A model generated the notes under the pieces. It worked only from the letters and a program-made list of their open reading frames with translations, searched no databases and was not told the origin of the DNA. Source: Anaerohalosphaeraceae bacterium (GTDB lineage Bacteria; Planctomycetota; Phycisphaerae; Sedimentisphaerales; Anaerohalosphaeraceae). From it: a stretch of DNA of 64,000 nucleotides. This document shows positions 1 to 12,977 of this stretch, piece by piece. Position 1 is the first letter of the stretch, and each line of letters begins with the position of its first letter. The position numbers and the translations under genes were made by a program. The DNA lies in assembly GCA_050309605.1 (NCBI GenBank), contig JBNRMN010000034.1, positions 172,554-236,553 on the forward strand. The letters run 5' to 3'.

Positions 1-8
1 AAAACGCC

Positions 9-407
9 GTGCTGAAGCGGGTGTTGGGCGGGCGGATTAACGAGTTGACGCTGGATTTTTTGTGCGTCCTGGCACGGCGGAATCGACTCAATTACCTGTT
101 CGGCATTCACGACCGTTATCTGACGCTGATGGATCAGTCTCAGGATATTCAACATCTTGAGGTCACGCTGGCCGCCGCTCCCGACGACCGGCAGATTGAG
201 AAAATCAAACAGGATATCAAGCGGGCCGTGGGAACCGAAGTTAAGTTGTCGGTACAGGTCGATCCGGATATTCTGGGCGGCATCATCATTCGAAAAGGCG
301 ACAGGGTCATTGATAATTCGGTACGTTCTCTGCTGGATCGGGCGGTCAAAGCCGTGGTCAGCCGTTCAAAGGAAAAAAAACAAAACCAAAATCACTTGAA
401 TGAATAG
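9..407 (+). CDS. atpH: F1 ATP synthase delta subunit (5'-truncated by window edge)
   Basis: C-terminal OSCP/delta motif '[24 protein letters not shown]'; lies directly upstream of atpA. Confidence 0.9.
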   Translation: MLKRVLGGRINELTLDFLCVLARRNRLNYLFGIHDRYLTLMDQSQDIQHLEVTLAAAPDDRQIEKIKQDIKRAVGTEVKLSVQVDPDILGGIIIRKGDRVIDNSVRSLLDRAVKAVVSRSKEKKQNQNHLNE

Positions 408-424
408 GTCTGTTCATAGCTCTT

Positions 425-1948
425 ATGCGATTTGATATCAATGAAATCAGCAGCCTGATCAAAGAAGAAGTGCTTCGCTTCAAGGCCGAAGCCGACGTCG
501 CACAAGTGGGAACCGTGCTGGAGGTCGGCGACGGAATCGCCCGTGTCTATGGGCTGGATTCGGTCATGGCCGGCGAAATGCTTGAGTTTGAAAACGGGGT
601 GGTCGGCGAGGCGTTCAATCTTGAGGAAGATTCCATCGGCGCTGTCATTTACGGCGACTTCACAAAAGTCAAAGACGGCGGCCAGGTGCGCTCGACCGGC
701 CAGGTTCTGTCGGTTCCGGTCGGCCGGGAGCTGCTGGGGCGTGTGGTCAACGCCCTGTGTGAGCCGATTGACGGAAAAGGCCCGATTCGCACTGAAAAGC
801 GGCGGTTCGTCGATGCCGCCGCGCCCGGCATTGCTGATCGTCAGCCGGTTTGCCAGCCGCTGCCGACCGGCCTGAAAAGTGTCGATGCCATGGTCGCTAT
901 CGGCAGGGGACAGCGTGAATTGATTATTGGCGACCGCAAGACCGGCAAGACGGCTATTGCCCTGGATACCATTATAAACCAGAAAGACCGGGATGTGGCG
1001 TGTGTCTATGTGGCAATCGGTCAGAAAGAATCCACGATCGCCGAGGTCGTGGCCACGCTCGAAAAATACGGCGCGATGGCACATACCGTCGTGGTCGCGG
1101 CGCCGGCCGCCGACAGTGCGGCGATGCAGTACATCGCGCCTTATGCCGGTACGGCGATTGCCGAGTACTTGATGTATGACGAAAAAGCACACGCCCTTTG
1201 TGTGTACGATGATTTGAGCAAGCATGCGATTGCCTACCGCGAACTGAGTCTTTTGCTTCGTCGTCCGCCGGGGCGTGAAGCGTTTCCGGGTGATATTTTC
1301 TACCTGCACAGCCGCCTGCTTGAACGCAGCGCCAAGCTGTCGGATGCTCTGGGCGGCGGCTCGATCACGGCTTTGCCGATTATTGAGACGCTGGAAGGCC
1401 AGGTTTCAGCTTATATTCCGACCAATATTATTTCGATTACGGATGGGCAAATTTATCTGCAGCGCGATCTGTTTTTGGCTGGTGTCCGTCCGGCGGTTGA
1501 TGTCGGCATCAGTGTCAGCCGCGTCGGCGGCGATGCGCAGCCCCGGGCGATGAAAAAAGTCGCTCCCAAACTCCGGCTCGAACTGGCGGCCTTTCGTGAA
1601 CTTCAGGATTTTTCCCGACTGGGTACGGAACTGGACGAGGCGGCCCAGCGCCAGTTGGACCGCGGCCATCGTATGGTCGAGCTGCTCAAACAGAAACAGT
1701 ACTCGCCGATGAGTGTTGCCGAGCAGGTGATAAGTATTCTTGCCGGTTCCACGGGAGCGCTGGATGACATTGAAGTCGCCCGCGTCAACCACTTTGTCGA
1801 AGAACTGCTCGGCTGGATGCGGATGGAAGCGCCGGAATATATTGAAACCATCGAACAAACCGGTGATATCGACCAGTCGCTGATGGCCGGTTTGACCGAG
1901 GCGGTTGAAGCGTACAAAACAATCTATAAGTTTTCTTTCGGCGCCTAA
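425..1948 (+). CDS. atpA: F1 ATP synthase alpha subunit
   Basis: [62 protein letters not shown]. Confidence 0.98.
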   Translation: MRFDINEISSLIKEEVLRFKAEADVAQVGTVLEVGDGIARVYGLDSVMAGEMLEFENGVVGEAFNLEEDSIGAVIYGDFTKVKDGGQVRSTGQVLSVPVGRELLGRVVNALCEPIDGKGPIRTEKRRFVDAAAPGIADRQPVCQPLPTGLKSVDAMVAIGRGQRELIIGDRKTGKTAIALDTIINQKDRDVACVYVAIGQKESTIAEVVATLEKYGAMAHTVVVAAPAADSAAMQYIAPYAGTAIAEYLMYDEKAHALCVYDDLSKHAIAYRELSLLLRRPPGREAFPGDIFYLHSRLLERSAKLSDALGGGSITALPIIETLEGQVSAYIPTNIISITDGQIYLQRDLFLAGVRPAVDVGISVSRVGGDAQPRAMKKVAPKLRLELAAFRELQDFSRLGTELDEAAQRQLDRGHRMVELLKQKQYSPMSVAEQVISILAGSTGALDDIEVARVNHFVEELLGWMRMEAPEYIETIEQTGDIDQSLMAGLTEAVEAYKTIYKFSFGA

Positions 1949-2025
1949 TCAGGGTCTGGCATCTTATCTGAGGTTTACGACCTGAAATTGCAAAAGTTGA
2001 AATCCAAAAATCCAGATAACGATCT

Positions 2026-2919
2026 ATGTCAAATACGCGACGCATTTTGAAACGCCGCTCGGCGGCCGACAATATTGCCAAAGTGACCGGCACGATGGAG
2101 ACCATCAGTGCCGTGCGCTATCGACAGTACTTTATTCAATGGCAGGAAGGTCGCGCGTTTTACGATGCGCTGGCTCAGCTTGCGTATCTGGTGGTTTCGG
2201 CCGAGCAGCCTATTGACCATCCGCTGATGAAACCGCCGGCCTCCAAAACCCAGGTCGTCCTTGTCATCGGTTCGGATCGCGGTTTGTGCGGGGCCTATAA
2301 CAATGACCTCTACCGGCAGATTGATACCCACGTCAAGATGGCCAAGCGCTTTGGTCGTGAATTGGTGTTTTACGCCAAAGGGCGAAAGGTGGTTGGCTAT
2401 CTCGAACATCACGGTATCCGACCGGCGCGGGTGTTCGATGAGTTTGCCGAAATCCCAACAGTTGAACAGACACGAACGATTGCCGACGAATTTACGCAGC
2501 AGTATCTGGCGGGACAAATCGGCAGGCTGGGAGTAGTGTATAATCGGTTTTTTTCAGCGGCCAGCCAGAAGGTTCAAACACTGACGGTATTGCCGGTGGC
2601 CGAACTCATCGACGATCTGACGACGCGGGCGACGGTCATCTGGCCGTGGGAACTGAATTTTGAGGATTTTATGCTGCTGCCGTCGGCGGCGGAGATTTTC
2701 GAGGGGTTGTCCCGAATGATTATTCGCACGTCGATTCTTGATTGTTTTATGGAAGCGGCGGTCAGCGAACATCTGTCGCGTGTGGTGTGTATGCGCAACG
2801 CCACCGACAACGCCGAAGAGATGATTAAAGAATTGTCCAAAGACTACAACCGCGCTCGACAGGCACAGATTACCGTTGAGTTGCTGGATATCGTCAGCGG
2901 CGTCGAGTCAATGAAATAG
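2026..2919 (+). CDS. atpG: F1 ATP synthase gamma subunit
   Basis: SDRGLCGAYN and C-terminal MRNATDNA...YNRARQAQITVELLDIVSG. Confidence 0.96.
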   Translation: MSNTRRILKRRSAADNIAKVTGTMETISAVRYRQYFIQWQEGRAFYDALAQLAYLVVSAEQPIDHPLMKPPASKTQVVLVIGSDRGLCGAYNNDLYRQIDTHVKMAKRFGRELVFYAKGRKVVGYLEHHGIRPARVFDEFAEIPTVEQTRTIADEFTQQYLAGQIGRLGVVYNRFFSAASQKVQTLTVLPVAELIDDLTTRATVIWPWELNFEDFMLLPSAAEIFEGLSRMIIRTSILDCFMEAAVSEHLSRVVCMRNATDNAEEMIKELSKDYNRARQAQITVELLDIVSGVESMK

Positions 2920-2972
2920 TTGAATGTTTAGCAGGAAGCGGTTCAGTGCGTATGTATTGAGATAACAGGTAA

Positions 2973-4394
<1,422 letters not shown>

Positions 4395-4443
4395 TCGGCT
4401 GACAGATGTCAAGAATGAGAATTAATTTTGGAATGTCCTGCTT

Positions 4444-4890
4444 ATGGTAGGTCTGTCACGCGGAAAATTCAGAGTGGTTTTGTTAACTCCTCAAGCCGGC
4501 CTGCTGGACTGTCGAGCCGGATCGGTGGTGTTGCCGGGACATGACGGCTATCTCGGTATATTGCGCAATCATTGTCCGATGTTGAGCACCGTCAGTCGGG
4601 GGATTATGCAGGTGCGGGAAATTCCCGGCCGGACGGACGCCTTTTTTATCGTGGAAGGGGGGTTTGTACAAGTCAGCGAAAATCACGTCACGGTACTGGC
4701 TTATGAAGCGACCACCTTTGAGGGGCAGGACGAAAAAAGCATTGAAGAGATGCTGTACCACGCTCGCAGCGTGGTGGCGGGGCACGAATACATCCGCTCG
4801 CAACAGGAAGCGATTGATTATGACAAGGCGCGTCTGATAGTGCGAATGGCCGAGATGGCCGATGTCAAGCTGGCCGCCGAAAAAGAATAA
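4444..4890 (+). CDS. atpC: F1 ATP synthase epsilon subunit
   Basis: 'LPGHDGYLGILRNHCP' and 'VEGGFVQV..NHVTVLA'; follows atpD. Confidence 0.92.
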   Translation: MVGLSRGKFRVVLLTPQAGLLDCRAGSVVLPGHDGYLGILRNHCPMLSTVSRGIMQVREIPGRTDAFFIVEGGFVQVSENHVTVLAYEATTFEGQDEKSIEEMLYHARSVVAGHEYIRSQQEAIDYDKARLIVRMAEMADVKLAAEKE

Positions 4891-4984
4891 TTCGCTGATT
4901 GCCGCCGACTTCCGGAAAAAAGTTTGAAATTCCGACGCCGAATAATTAGAATCACGGCACTCGGTTGAGCTTGGATAATAAAAG

Positions 4985-5278
4985 ATGACCTCGAACCAAA
5001 ACAAGCATGACAGCGCATCCGCCGATTCGGCCGTTGAAGCCTTTGTTCGCGGTTTGGATGACAAATACCGGATGCTCGTAATCCTCAAATCGCAGCTTTA
5101 CGGCGGGCGATGGGAGCCGATGCTTGATGACTTACAGAATCGACTTGAGGGCAAACCTTACATTTTCAAGCTGGCCAACCGAATCAAAGACGACGTGGAC
5201 CGCATCGCCGTGCTGCGCGCCTTTGAACAAACGCATGACGTCGATTTGGCCGACTACATCAAGCTGGATTCGCATTGA
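4985..5278 (+). CDS. Small hypothetical protein (97 aa)
   Basis: Clean ORF in an intergenic gap with protein-like helical sequence (LYGGRWEPMLDDLQNRLEGKPYIFKL). Confidence 0.75.
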   Translation: MTSNQNKHDSASADSAVEAFVRGLDDKYRMLVILKSQLYGGRWEPMLDDLQNRLEGKPYIFKLANRIKDDVDRIAVLRAFEQTHDVDLADYIKLDSH

Positions 5279-5357
5279 GTCGGTTTCGTCGGGGTGGGAC
5301 GACCACCGTAGCCAACAGGTATGCAGTTAAGGCTGTCAGACACAGATCGGAGATGAT

Positions 5358-6467
5358 ATGAAGACAAGCGTAATAAGTGTGATGTATGTGATGGTGTGGT
5401 GGGGATGTGCCGCCGCTCAGACAGTGCCCCAAAATGCAACGCCGACGTCTGAATTGATTTCGCCGGCGCTGATCGACCGGGCGGGATGGACGATGAACTG
5501 GCAGCTCAAACTGCCGCTGCGAGCGAGCGAGACAGTGGACCGGATCGTTATTTTTGATGAGTATCTTTATGTCCTGACCGACAGAAATGTATTGTTTTGT
5601 ATAAACCGCCAGGCGGGGACTATGCGTTTTGTGACGCCGCTGGCCCCACGCGGTCTGCCGATCTGCGATCCCATCTCTTTTGAGAACAACCTGCTGTTTA
5701 TGGTGGGCAATGAATTGGTCGTTGTCGATCCCTGGGCCGGAACCATTGCTGAACGGTACAGTTTTGCTCAAATCGGCAATACGTATGAATGCGGACTGGC
5801 AATGAACAGCGAATATGTGTATTTGACCGGTTCAGACGCACGTCTTTATGCCTACTCCCGCGACGGCTACTGGCGTGTCTTTTCCGCCACAGCGGATAAC
5901 AATTCACCGATTATTTCACTGGCGGCGCTGGAGGACCGGGTATTGTTTGCCACGCAGGCGGGCAATGTGGTGGCCATCGCCCCCAATCGCGCGGAAAAAT
6001 ACTGGCAATTTGACGCCACCGGTACGATTGATTCAGAACTGGTCGTATCCGAAGGGAAGGTCTATATCGGCAGTCACGATACCAAACTGTATCAATTGGA
6101 TGTCAATACCGGGCGTTTGGCCTGGCCTTCGCCGTTTCACGCCGGCGCCCGGATTCACAAGCCCGTGGTGATCGGTCAAGACCTGGTGTACCTGACCGCC
6201 GGCACAATGGGTGTTTATGGAATCAACAAAGAGACCGGACGAGCGGTCTGGCAGGTTCGCGACGGCCTGGGGGTCTTGACCGAAACCGTCGAGCACAGCT
6301 TTGTGCTCAGTCGCCCCGGATTATTGAATGTAATGGACAATGCCACCGGCCGAAAACTTTACAGCGTCAATTTCTCGCGGGTCAGACGGTTTGCGACAAA
6401 AATGGATGAACCCAGACTCTATGTCGCTGATGAAGGCGGCCGCATTGCGGGAATTACGGTCAGATAA
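5358..6467 (+). CDS. Secreted PQQ-like (BamB-type) beta-propeller repeat protein
   Basis: Signal peptide; repeated 'VYIGSHDTKLYQLDVNTGRLAW' / 'VYGINKETGRAVW' blades. Confidence 0.85.
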   Translation: MKTSVISVMYVMVWWGCAAAQTVPQNATPTSELISPALIDRAGWTMNWQLKLPLRASETVDRIVIFDEYLYVLTDRNVLFCINRQAGTMRFVTPLAPRGLPICDPISFENNLLFMVGNELVVVDPWAGTIAERYSFAQIGNTYECGLAMNSEYVYLTGSDARLYAYSRDGYWRVFSATADNNSPIISLAALEDRVLFATQAGNVVAIAPNRAEKYWQFDATGTIDSELVVSEGKVYIGSHDTKLYQLDVNTGRLAWPSPFHAGARIHKPVVIGQDLVYLTAGTMGVYGINKETGRAVWQVRDGLGVLTETVEHSFVLSRPGLLNVMDNATGRKLYSVNFSRVRRFATKMDEPRLYVADEGGRIAGITVR

Positions 6468-6550
6468 CACCGAACTCGGCTCTCGGCCGGGACTTTTGCC
6501 ACGGATAATAGGGTTGATAGTTTAATTCGAGATATGGAAAGGAAACCAGC

Positions 6551-8161
6551 GTGGATATATCTATCAAACGGGCGTTGATCAGTGTATCGGATAAAACCGG
6601 TTTGACGCCGTTTGCCAAGGCGTTAAGCGAGATGGGGGTAACGATTATCAGTACCGGCGGCACGGCCAAAGCGCTGACGGAGGCGGGCGTTCCCGTTGTC
6701 AGCGTCGATTCGGTGACCGGCTTTCCGGAGATGATGGACGGCCGCGTCAAAACACTGCACCCCAAGATTCACGGCGGCCTGCTGGGACTGCGAGACAAAG
6801 CCGATCATGTGGACGCGATGACTGCCCACGGTATTGAGCCGATTGATTTGGTGTGCGTGAACCTGTACCCCTTTGAAAAGACCGTTGCCAAGGCCGATTG
6901 TTCATTTGACCAGGCCATCGAGAATATCGACATCGGCGGGCCGAGCATGGTCCGTTCGGCGGCCAAAAATCATAAATTTGTTACTATTGTAACCAGTCCG
7001 TCCCAATATGACGAACTTTTGGCGGAGATGAAATCCAAAGACGGAGCAACCGGTTTGCCGCTGCGTCAGAAACTGGCGCGAGCGGCCTTTTCCCTGACGG
7101 CCTCGTATGACGCCGCCATCGCACACTATCTGACGCGACACGCCGGCGAGATATTCCCGGAACGGCTGTCAGTGGCTTTACTCAAAGAACAGGAACTGCG
7201 TTACGGCGAAAATCCCCATCAGCGCGGCGCATTTTATCGTCTGCCCGACAGCCGTGAGGTCAGCGTCGGCAATGCGAAGCTCCTGACCGGCGGTACGCCC
7301 ATCAGTTTCAATAATCTGATGGACGCCAATGCGGCTTTTGAACTGGTTAAAGAATTTGATGAACCGGCGGCCGTGGTGGTCAAGCATATGAACCCGTGCG
7401 GCTGTGCGGTCGATGCGGATATTTGTAAAGCCTACGAAAAGGCCTATCTGGGCGATGTGGTCAGTGCGTTCGGCGGTATTGTCGCGCTGAACCGACCGGT
7501 CGATAAAGAACTGGCGACGGTCATTATGGAATCGTATGCCCGGTTCGGCAAAGCCAAAGGCGCTGCGGGCTTCTTTGCCGAAGTCATTATTGCGCCGTCC
7601 TATGAGCAGGAAGCGGTTGAAGTAATTCGCACCCTCAAAGCGTGGGGACAGCGCGTCCGTCTGCTCGAAACCGGTCCAATTGACCGAAAACAGGTGGATG
7701 CACATCAATACGATGTCCGTTGTCTGGTCGGCGGGCTGCTCTTGCAGCAGCGCGATCTGGTCGGTTGGGAACCGGACGCACTGACGTTTCCGACGGCGGT
7801 CAAACCCACCGCCGAGCAGCTTGAGGATTTGCGCCTTGCCTGGCTGTGTGCCAAACACGTCAAGAGCAACACGATTACGCTCGTCAAAGGCCGGACGCTG
7901 GTTGGTGTAGGCGCCGGGCAGATGAACCGCGTCGAATCGGGCCTGATCGCCGTCAAACAGGCAGGCAGCCAGGCCCAGGGTGCGGCCATGGGGTCGGACG
8001 CCTTTTTCCCGTTCCCCGACAATGTTGAAAACGCCGCTCAAGCGGGCATTGCCTGTATCGTCCAGCCTGGCGGATCAAAGAAAGACGACGAGGTCATCGC
8101 CTGCGCGGACAAGCACGGCATCGCCATGGTCTTTACCGGAAAGCGTCATTTCTATCATTAA
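6551..8161 (+). CDS. purH: Bifunctional AICAR transformylase/IMP cyclohydrolase
   Basis: [63 protein letters not shown]. Confidence 0.98.
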   Translation: MDISIKRALISVSDKTGLTPFAKALSEMGVTIISTGGTAKALTEAGVPVVSVDSVTGFPEMMDGRVKTLHPKIHGGLLGLRDKADHVDAMTAHGIEPIDLVCVNLYPFEKTVAKADCSFDQAIENIDIGGPSMVRSAAKNHKFVTIVTSPSQYDELLAEMKSKDGATGLPLRQKLARAAFSLTASYDAAIAHYLTRHAGEIFPERLSVALLKEQELRYGENPHQRGAFYRLPDSREVSVGNAKLLTGGTPISFNNLMDANAAFELVKEFDEPAAVVVKHMNPCGCAVDADICKAYEKAYLGDVVSAFGGIVALNRPVDKELATVIMESYARFGKAKGAAGFFAEVIIAPSYEQEAVEVIRTLKAWGQRVRLLETGPIDRKQVDAHQYDVRCLVGGLLLQQRDLVGWEPDALTFPTAVKPTAEQLEDLRLAWLCAKHVKSNTITLVKGRTLVGVGAGQMNRVESGLIAVKQAGSQAQGAAMGSDAFFPFPDNVENAAQAGIACIVQPGGSKKDDEVIACADKHGIAMVFTGKRHFYH

Positions 8162-8168
8162 TGGACAA

Positions 8169-10298
8169 ATGGGAAATAGACCCCCTTTTTTTAATACCCT
8201 TTTCACGTCGCCGCGAGCCGCTGTCGCCGGAATGATGGCGATGACGCTCCTTGGCATAGGCTTGATGTTTTTACAGTTGAGCTATCCGGAGCTGAAAAGC
8301 GTTCATGAGGCGCGAGTGGTCGTTACCGCCGAAAATATGGTTCGGCAGGGGGATTGGGTCGTGCCTGTTTTCAACGACCAAATTCGCCTCGAAAAGCCGC
8401 CGCTGCCGTATTGGGTCGTCGCGGCCACACGTACGATCACCGGTTCGATGGAAGAGTCGGCGTTCCGTTTGCCCTCAGCGGTAATGGGAGCAGCGGGGGT
8501 GCTGCTGGCGGCGCTCTGTGCCCGACTGATGTTTGGACGAAATACGGCCCTGTTGGCGGGGGTGTTTACTGCATTGATGCTGATGTATGTCATCGAAGCC
8601 CGACTGGCGGAAGTGGATATTTATTTGACGTTTTGCGTCACCGTCTGTCTGTTTTTGATGTGTCATATTTGTTATGGAACACACCGGCGGGATGGGTTGT
8701 GGTTGCTGTTGGGAGCGGCGGTCGCGGCGGGGGGGCTGGCCAAGGGACCGGTGATTTTTATTTTTGCCGTGCCGCTGATCCTGTTGGGCTGTCTATTCTA
8801 TCCGGACAGACGGCCGAAAGCGATTTGGTTTGTCGGGTGTTTGGGTGTGTTTGCGGTCTTGTCGGCAATTTGGCCGCTGCTGGTGATTCAGCGAGTGGGC
8901 TGGGAAACCGTCAGTGATGTGTGGTTTTCGGATATCATGCGCAATGTCGCAGAATACACACGCCGACGCAGGCCCTGGCATTTTTACTTGACCCGCTATT
9001 TGATGGTGGCGTTCCCCTGGTCGGTCCTGGCCGGCGCTGCGGCGCTGCTGCCGTTCTGGAAGGAAGTGAAAGCGAACCGTACATTGTGGCGTAAAACGCT
9101 TTTTCTTGTCTTGTCCATGGCCGCGGTGATTCTGGCGTTCTCATTGGTTCGCAAAAAGAAAATTGACTACCTCGTCCCGCTGGTGCCGATCATCGGTATT
9201 CTCATCGCAGCGGCGTGGGATATCATCCGTGATAATATGGCGCGTCGAACGGCGGCGGCGCGAGCCAATCGAATCCTGCTGTCGGCGCAGGCGATTCTGT
9301 TTATCGCCATGGGAGCCGTGGCGATTGTGTATGCATCTTTTGATCCGCTCAACAGGACAGCACTTATGATACTGGCCGGGATCGGGTTGTGTCTGGGTGG
9401 AGCGGCGGGAATCTATTTCATTAATAAAAACATGCCGACGGCGGCATTGATGGGGCAAGGGACAGGCTTTTTGTTGTTCGGGTATCTACTGTTCGGCCTG
9501 TTCGTTCCGCAGGAAAATGTGCGTATCTCCCCGGCGCGATTCTGCTCGGCGGTCAGGGAAGTCATCGACGATGCGCCGGTGGTCTATTTCAAAGGCCGCG
9601 ACGATACGCTGGTGTATCATCTGGACCGAACAATCCACCACGTTCGCTCGGCGGCGGAATTACAGACGTTTCTGCGTCAGCATCCCGACGCCTTTGTCCT
9701 TGTACGGCACCGATTTCTCGATGAGGCGCAATCCGTCGCCGATCACATTGTCTTTCATCATCCCCGGATGCGCGATCTGGAGCTGCCCTTGCCGGAGTTT
9801 CCCTTCGGCAATGAAGACGATGAAGCCGACCAAGCCGACGAAGAAGAGATTCTTGGAGATACGGGATATTATTATAACATCTATGTTCTCAAGGCAGGGC
9901 AATGGGATCGGCCGCCGCGCACCTTTGATACCTATGAGGTGGAAGCGCCGAGCTGGCTGACGGCCGAATTCTTATGGGTCGGCTTTGGTCTGATTGCACA
10001 GACGATGTTTTTTATGCGGTTCCTGGTGCAGTGGATTGCCTCGGAAAAAGCAAAGCAAAGCGTTGTGCCCGTGCTTTTTTGGTGGCTCAGCCTCAGCGGC
10101 GGACTGATGCTGCTGACTTATGCGATCTATCGTCGTGATCCGGTCTTCATTTTCGGCCAATCGACGGGGGTATTTATCTATTTGCGCAATTTGTGGCTGA
10201 TCTACGGACATAAAGAACCCACGGGCGGGACCGTGAGGGAAAAATCGGATGTGCTGGAAGACTCCGTAGCGTTTCAGGATAACGGGGCGTCAGACTGA
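8169..10298 (+). CDS. ArnT/PMT-like GT-C glycosyltransferase fused to a C-terminal lipid A biosynthesis N-terminal (LAB_N)-like domain
   Basis: EKPPLPYW, FRLPSA, LAKGPV motifs with many TM helices; tail 'FFMRFLVQWIASEKAKQSVVPVLFWWLSLSGGLMLLTYAIYRRDPVF..GQ'. Start moved to ATG 8169, after the purH stop. Confidence 0.88.
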   Translation: MGNRPPFFNTLFTSPRAAVAGMMAMTLLGIGLMFLQLSYPELKSVHEARVVVTAENMVRQGDWVVPVFNDQIRLEKPPLPYWVVAATRTITGSMEESAFRLPSAVMGAAGVLLAALCARLMFGRNTALLAGVFTALMLMYVIEARLAEVDIYLTFCVTVCLFLMCHICYGTHRRDGLWLLLGAAVAAGGLAKGPVIFIFAVPLILLGCLFYPDRRPKAIWFVGCLGVFAVLSAIWPLLVIQRVGWETVSDVWFSDIMRNVAEYTRRRRPWHFYLTRYLMVAFPWSVLAGAAALLPFWKEVKANRTLWRKTLFLVLSMAAVILAFSLVRKKKIDYLVPLVPIIGILIAAAWDIIRDNMARRTAAARANRILLSAQAILFIAMGAVAIVYASFDPLNRTALMILAGIGLCLGGAAGIYFINKNMPTAALMGQGTGFLLFGYLLFGLFVPQENVRISPARFCSAVREVIDDAPVVYFKGRDDTLVYHLDRTIHHVRSAAELQTFLRQHPDAFVLVRHRFLDEAQSVADHIVFHHPRMRDLELPLPEFPFGNEDDEADQADEEEILGDTGYYYNIYVLKAGQWDRPPRTFDTYEVEAPSWLTAEFLWVGFGLIAQTMFFMRFLVQWIASEKAKQSVVPVLFWWLSLSGGLMLLTYAIYRRDPVFIFGQSTGVFIYLRNLWLIYGHKEPTGGTVREKSDVLEDSVAFQDNGASD

Positions 10299-10311
10299 TT
10301 GAGGATGTTTT

Positions 10312-11049
10312 ATGACTGCGGACAAGCCTGTGAACAACATTGAACTTTCGCTGGTGATTCCCGCTTATAATGAGCAGGACACCATAGATCCCTTGCTTGC
10401 GCGGATCGCCGAAGTATTCGAAGACGCCGTTTATTCCTTTGAAGCCATTGTGGTGGATGACGGCAGTACCGATCGAACGCTCGAACTGCTCAAGGCCGCT
10501 AAAACCCAAAAACCCTGGCTTAGAATTCTCACCTTCGACCGCAATCACGGCCAGACTGCTGCGATGAGCGCCGGCTTTCAAGCCGCCGGCGGGCGTATCG
10601 TCGCCACACTGGATGCCGACTTGCAGAACGACCCGGCGGAGGTGCCGCGATTGATGAAACTGCTTAGTGATGAAGTCGATGCCGTGATCGGCTGGCGTCA
10701 GAAGCGACAAGACCCCTGGCTGCGCAGAGTCTCGACCAAAATTGCCAATACCGTTCGCAACTGGCTCTCCGGCGAGTCGATCCATGACTCGGCCTGTTCA
10801 CTAAAGGTCTATAAACGCGGCTGTCTGGAGCACGTTACGCTTTTTGAAGGCATGCACCGGTTTATGCCGACGCTGGTCAAGATGCAGGGCTATCACGTCA
10901 TTGAAGTGCCCGTCTCGCATCATCCGCGTTACGCTGGACAGGCCAAATACGGCGTTTGGAATCGCGTCTTCAAGGCTTTTTTTGATTTGCTGGCGGTGCG
11001 CTGGATGAAAAAAAGGGTTTTGCGCTATCGCGTCACAGAAATTGAGTAG
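10312..11049 (+). CDS. GT2 polyprenol-phosphate glycosyltransferase (ArnC/DPM synthase-like)
   Basis: VIPAYNE, VDDGSTD, NHGQTAA, TLDADLQNDP, HRFMP. Confidence 0.93.
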   Translation: MTADKPVNNIELSLVIPAYNEQDTIDPLLARIAEVFEDAVYSFEAIVVDDGSTDRTLELLKAAKTQKPWLRILTFDRNHGQTAAMSAGFQAAGGRIVATLDADLQNDPAEVPRLMKLLSDEVDAVIGWRQKRQDPWLRRVSTKIANTVRNWLSGESIHDSACSLKVYKRGCLEHVTLFEGMHRFMPTLVKMQGYHVIEVPVSHHPRYAGQAKYGVWNRVFKAFFDLLAVRWMKKRVLRYRVTEIE

Positions 11050-11074
11050 GTCTTTTCGGCGGACTGCGAATCGG

Positions 11075-11845
11075 ATGCTGACACACTTGCGACAACCTGT
11101 TACTCGCCTGTGGGGTCGGGTGTGCCGGGGACTTGCCGGACTGGACGACTTGCTGTTTCCGCCGTATTGCCTTCTTTGCAAGACGCCGATTGACAGGCAA
11201 AATGACGGCTTGTGCCTGGGTTGCTGGCAGGAGCTGACACGGAACGTTGCCGGCGATTACTGCCGTCGGTGCGGCCGCAACGCCAGCCCCTTCGGCATTG
11301 TCAACAACCGCTGCGGCGCCTGTCAGAACGAAACGCCCGCTTTCGATGGTATCATCCGGGCCGGCGTCTATGAAACGGCCTTGCGCAGCCTGATTCTGGC
11401 GTTCAAATTCCACCAGCGCACGGAATACGCTCCGCGGCTTGGCCGCATGATGCGCGACGCGCTGGCCGTCAGCGGCTTTGCGCGTCAAATCGACTTGTTC
11501 GTTCCCGTTCCTCTCCATTGGCGGCGACGACTGGAACGCGGCTATAATCAGGCCTTCTATCTATCGCGGCATCTGTGTGCGCCGCCGGCTCGCATCTGTA
11601 CCGACCTGGTCCGAACCCGCTACACCAAACGCCAGTGGAATCTAACCGAAGCCCAGCGCCGTCGCAACGTCAAAAACGCCTTTGCCGTCCGTCGCGGCCA
11701 TCGCTTCGAAGGCAAATCCGTCGCCTTGGTCGATGATATCACGACCAGCGGCGCGACCTTAACCGAATGCGCCAACGTTCTCAAGGCCGCCGGTGCCAGA
11801 CAGGTGTACGCCGTCGTGACTGCCGTCGCCCATCAGGACACGTAG
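11075..11845 (+). CDS. comF: ComF family protein (zinc ribbons plus PRTase domain)
   Basis: LFPPYCLLC..CLGC..CRRCG..CGAC, PVPLHWRRRLERGYNQA, LVDDITTSGATL; start uncertain (11042 or 11075). Confidence 0.9.
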   Translation: MLTHLRQPVTRLWGRVCRGLAGLDDLLFPPYCLLCKTPIDRQNDGLCLGCWQELTRNVAGDYCRRCGRNASPFGIVNNRCGACQNETPAFDGIIRAGVYETALRSLILAFKFHQRTEYAPRLGRMMRDALAVSGFARQIDLFVPVPLHWRRRLERGYNQAFYLSRHLCAPPARICTDLVRTRYTKRQWNLTEAQRRRNVKNAFAVRRGHRFEGKSVALVDDITTSGATLTECANVLKAAGARQVYAVVTAVAHQDT

Positions 11846-11909
11846 CCCCTGCAAAACAAAGGAAGCAGTAAGATAATTTCAAGTGAACTGACCGCGCATT
11901 GTCGATAAG

Positions 11910-12422
11910 TTATGCGCTGAGTTTTGCCAGTGCGTCGCGAATCAAGCCCTGAAGCACGCCGTCGGACAAATCTGCAAGCTCCGGCTCCGGATGGTCGGCC
12001 CGCGCCATCGCACCAAGGACACGCTGGGCGATCTTTTTATGGCGGTGCAGTGAATCGAATGTTTGCTCGGCCTGTGTCAGCTCCCCGTCGGCCATCTGAC
12101 GAAGATACAGAATAGAATTCTTGATGATCTCTTTTTCTGCCGCCTTTTGGGCGTTTGGGTCGTCCTGAGGTCCGTCGTCAACCGGCTGACGTTCCTTTAA
12201 TATCTTGTGTGTCAGGTCATACGTTTCACGCATCAGCTCATTGACCTGCGTTTCTTCGGCCTCGTCAATCGGTGTCAGCTTCAGCTCCGGTTCATCATTG
12301 GATTTCGGCAGGGGGATATAACACCGATGTTGGCAATACGGGCACTTGCCCCATTTACCCCCTGATTCGTCCGGCGCTTTGATTTTCTTTTTGCACGACT
12401 CACAATGAAAGCTGATCGCCAT
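11910..12422 (-). CDS. Hypothetical protein with N-terminal zinc ribbon
   Basis: MAISFHCESC...GKCPYC (two CxxC pairs) followed by a helical region. Confidence 0.8.
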   Translation of the reverse strand: MAISFHCESCKKKIKAPDESGGKWGKCPYCQHRCYIPLPKSNDEPELKLTPIDEAEETQVNELMRETYDLTHKILKERQPVDDGPQDDPNAQKAAEKEIIKNSILYLRQMADGELTQAEQTFDSLHRHKKIAQRVLGAMARADHPEPELADLSDGVLQGLIRDALAKLSA

Positions 12423-12510
12423 GGTCCTGCCCTCTATGAAATAACATTACACCGTATTTGATTGTCCGTCCACACAGCCGCGACAGAGCGTTAAAATCGG
12501 TACGCCTGGA

Positions 12511-12870
12511 TTATTGCCCCGCTTCGGCTGAATAGTCCGCCCGCACCTCGGTGGTGATCCCGCCGCGCGGCGTAAACTGGGAGGTGATTCGCATCCAGCG
12601 CGGCTGGCAGGCCGAAACAAGATCATCCAAAATATCGTTGGTCAATCGCTCATAAAAAATCCCCTGATTGCGGAAACTCTGCATATAAAATTTCAGACTT
12701 TTCAGCTCAATGCAGGATTTATCAGGGACATACTCAATCAGGATTTCGCCAAAATCCGGTTGTCCCGTCTTGGGACATACGCTCGTAAACTCCGGACAGT
12801 GGATCGTAATGGTGTAATCCCGGCCGGGACGGGGATTGTCAAACAGTTCGATGGTCGGCTTATCACTCAT
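12511..12870 (-). CDS. queF: NADPH-dependent preQ0 reductase, short type
   Basis: [29 protein letters not shown]; start probably ATG 12870. Confidence 0.95.
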   Translation of the reverse strand: MSDKPTIELFDNPRPGRDYTITIHCPEFTSVCPKTGQPDFGEILIEYVPDKSCIELKSLKFYMQSFRNQGIFYERLTNDILDDLVSACQPRWMRITSQFTPRGGITTEVRADYSAEAGQ

Positions 12871-12977
12871 ACAGATTTCCAATCCGTCAAAAAAACAGTG
12901 CGTTTTTGTTCAAAAAATGCTAAATTACCTGTGTATTTTAGTGCAAACCGGAATTGTTATCAAGGAATTCGACAAAA

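Noticed and set aside
7980..8168. N-terminal extension of the 772 aa ORF
   Set aside because: Overlaps the purH 3' end; ATG 8169 just after the purH stop is more plausible.
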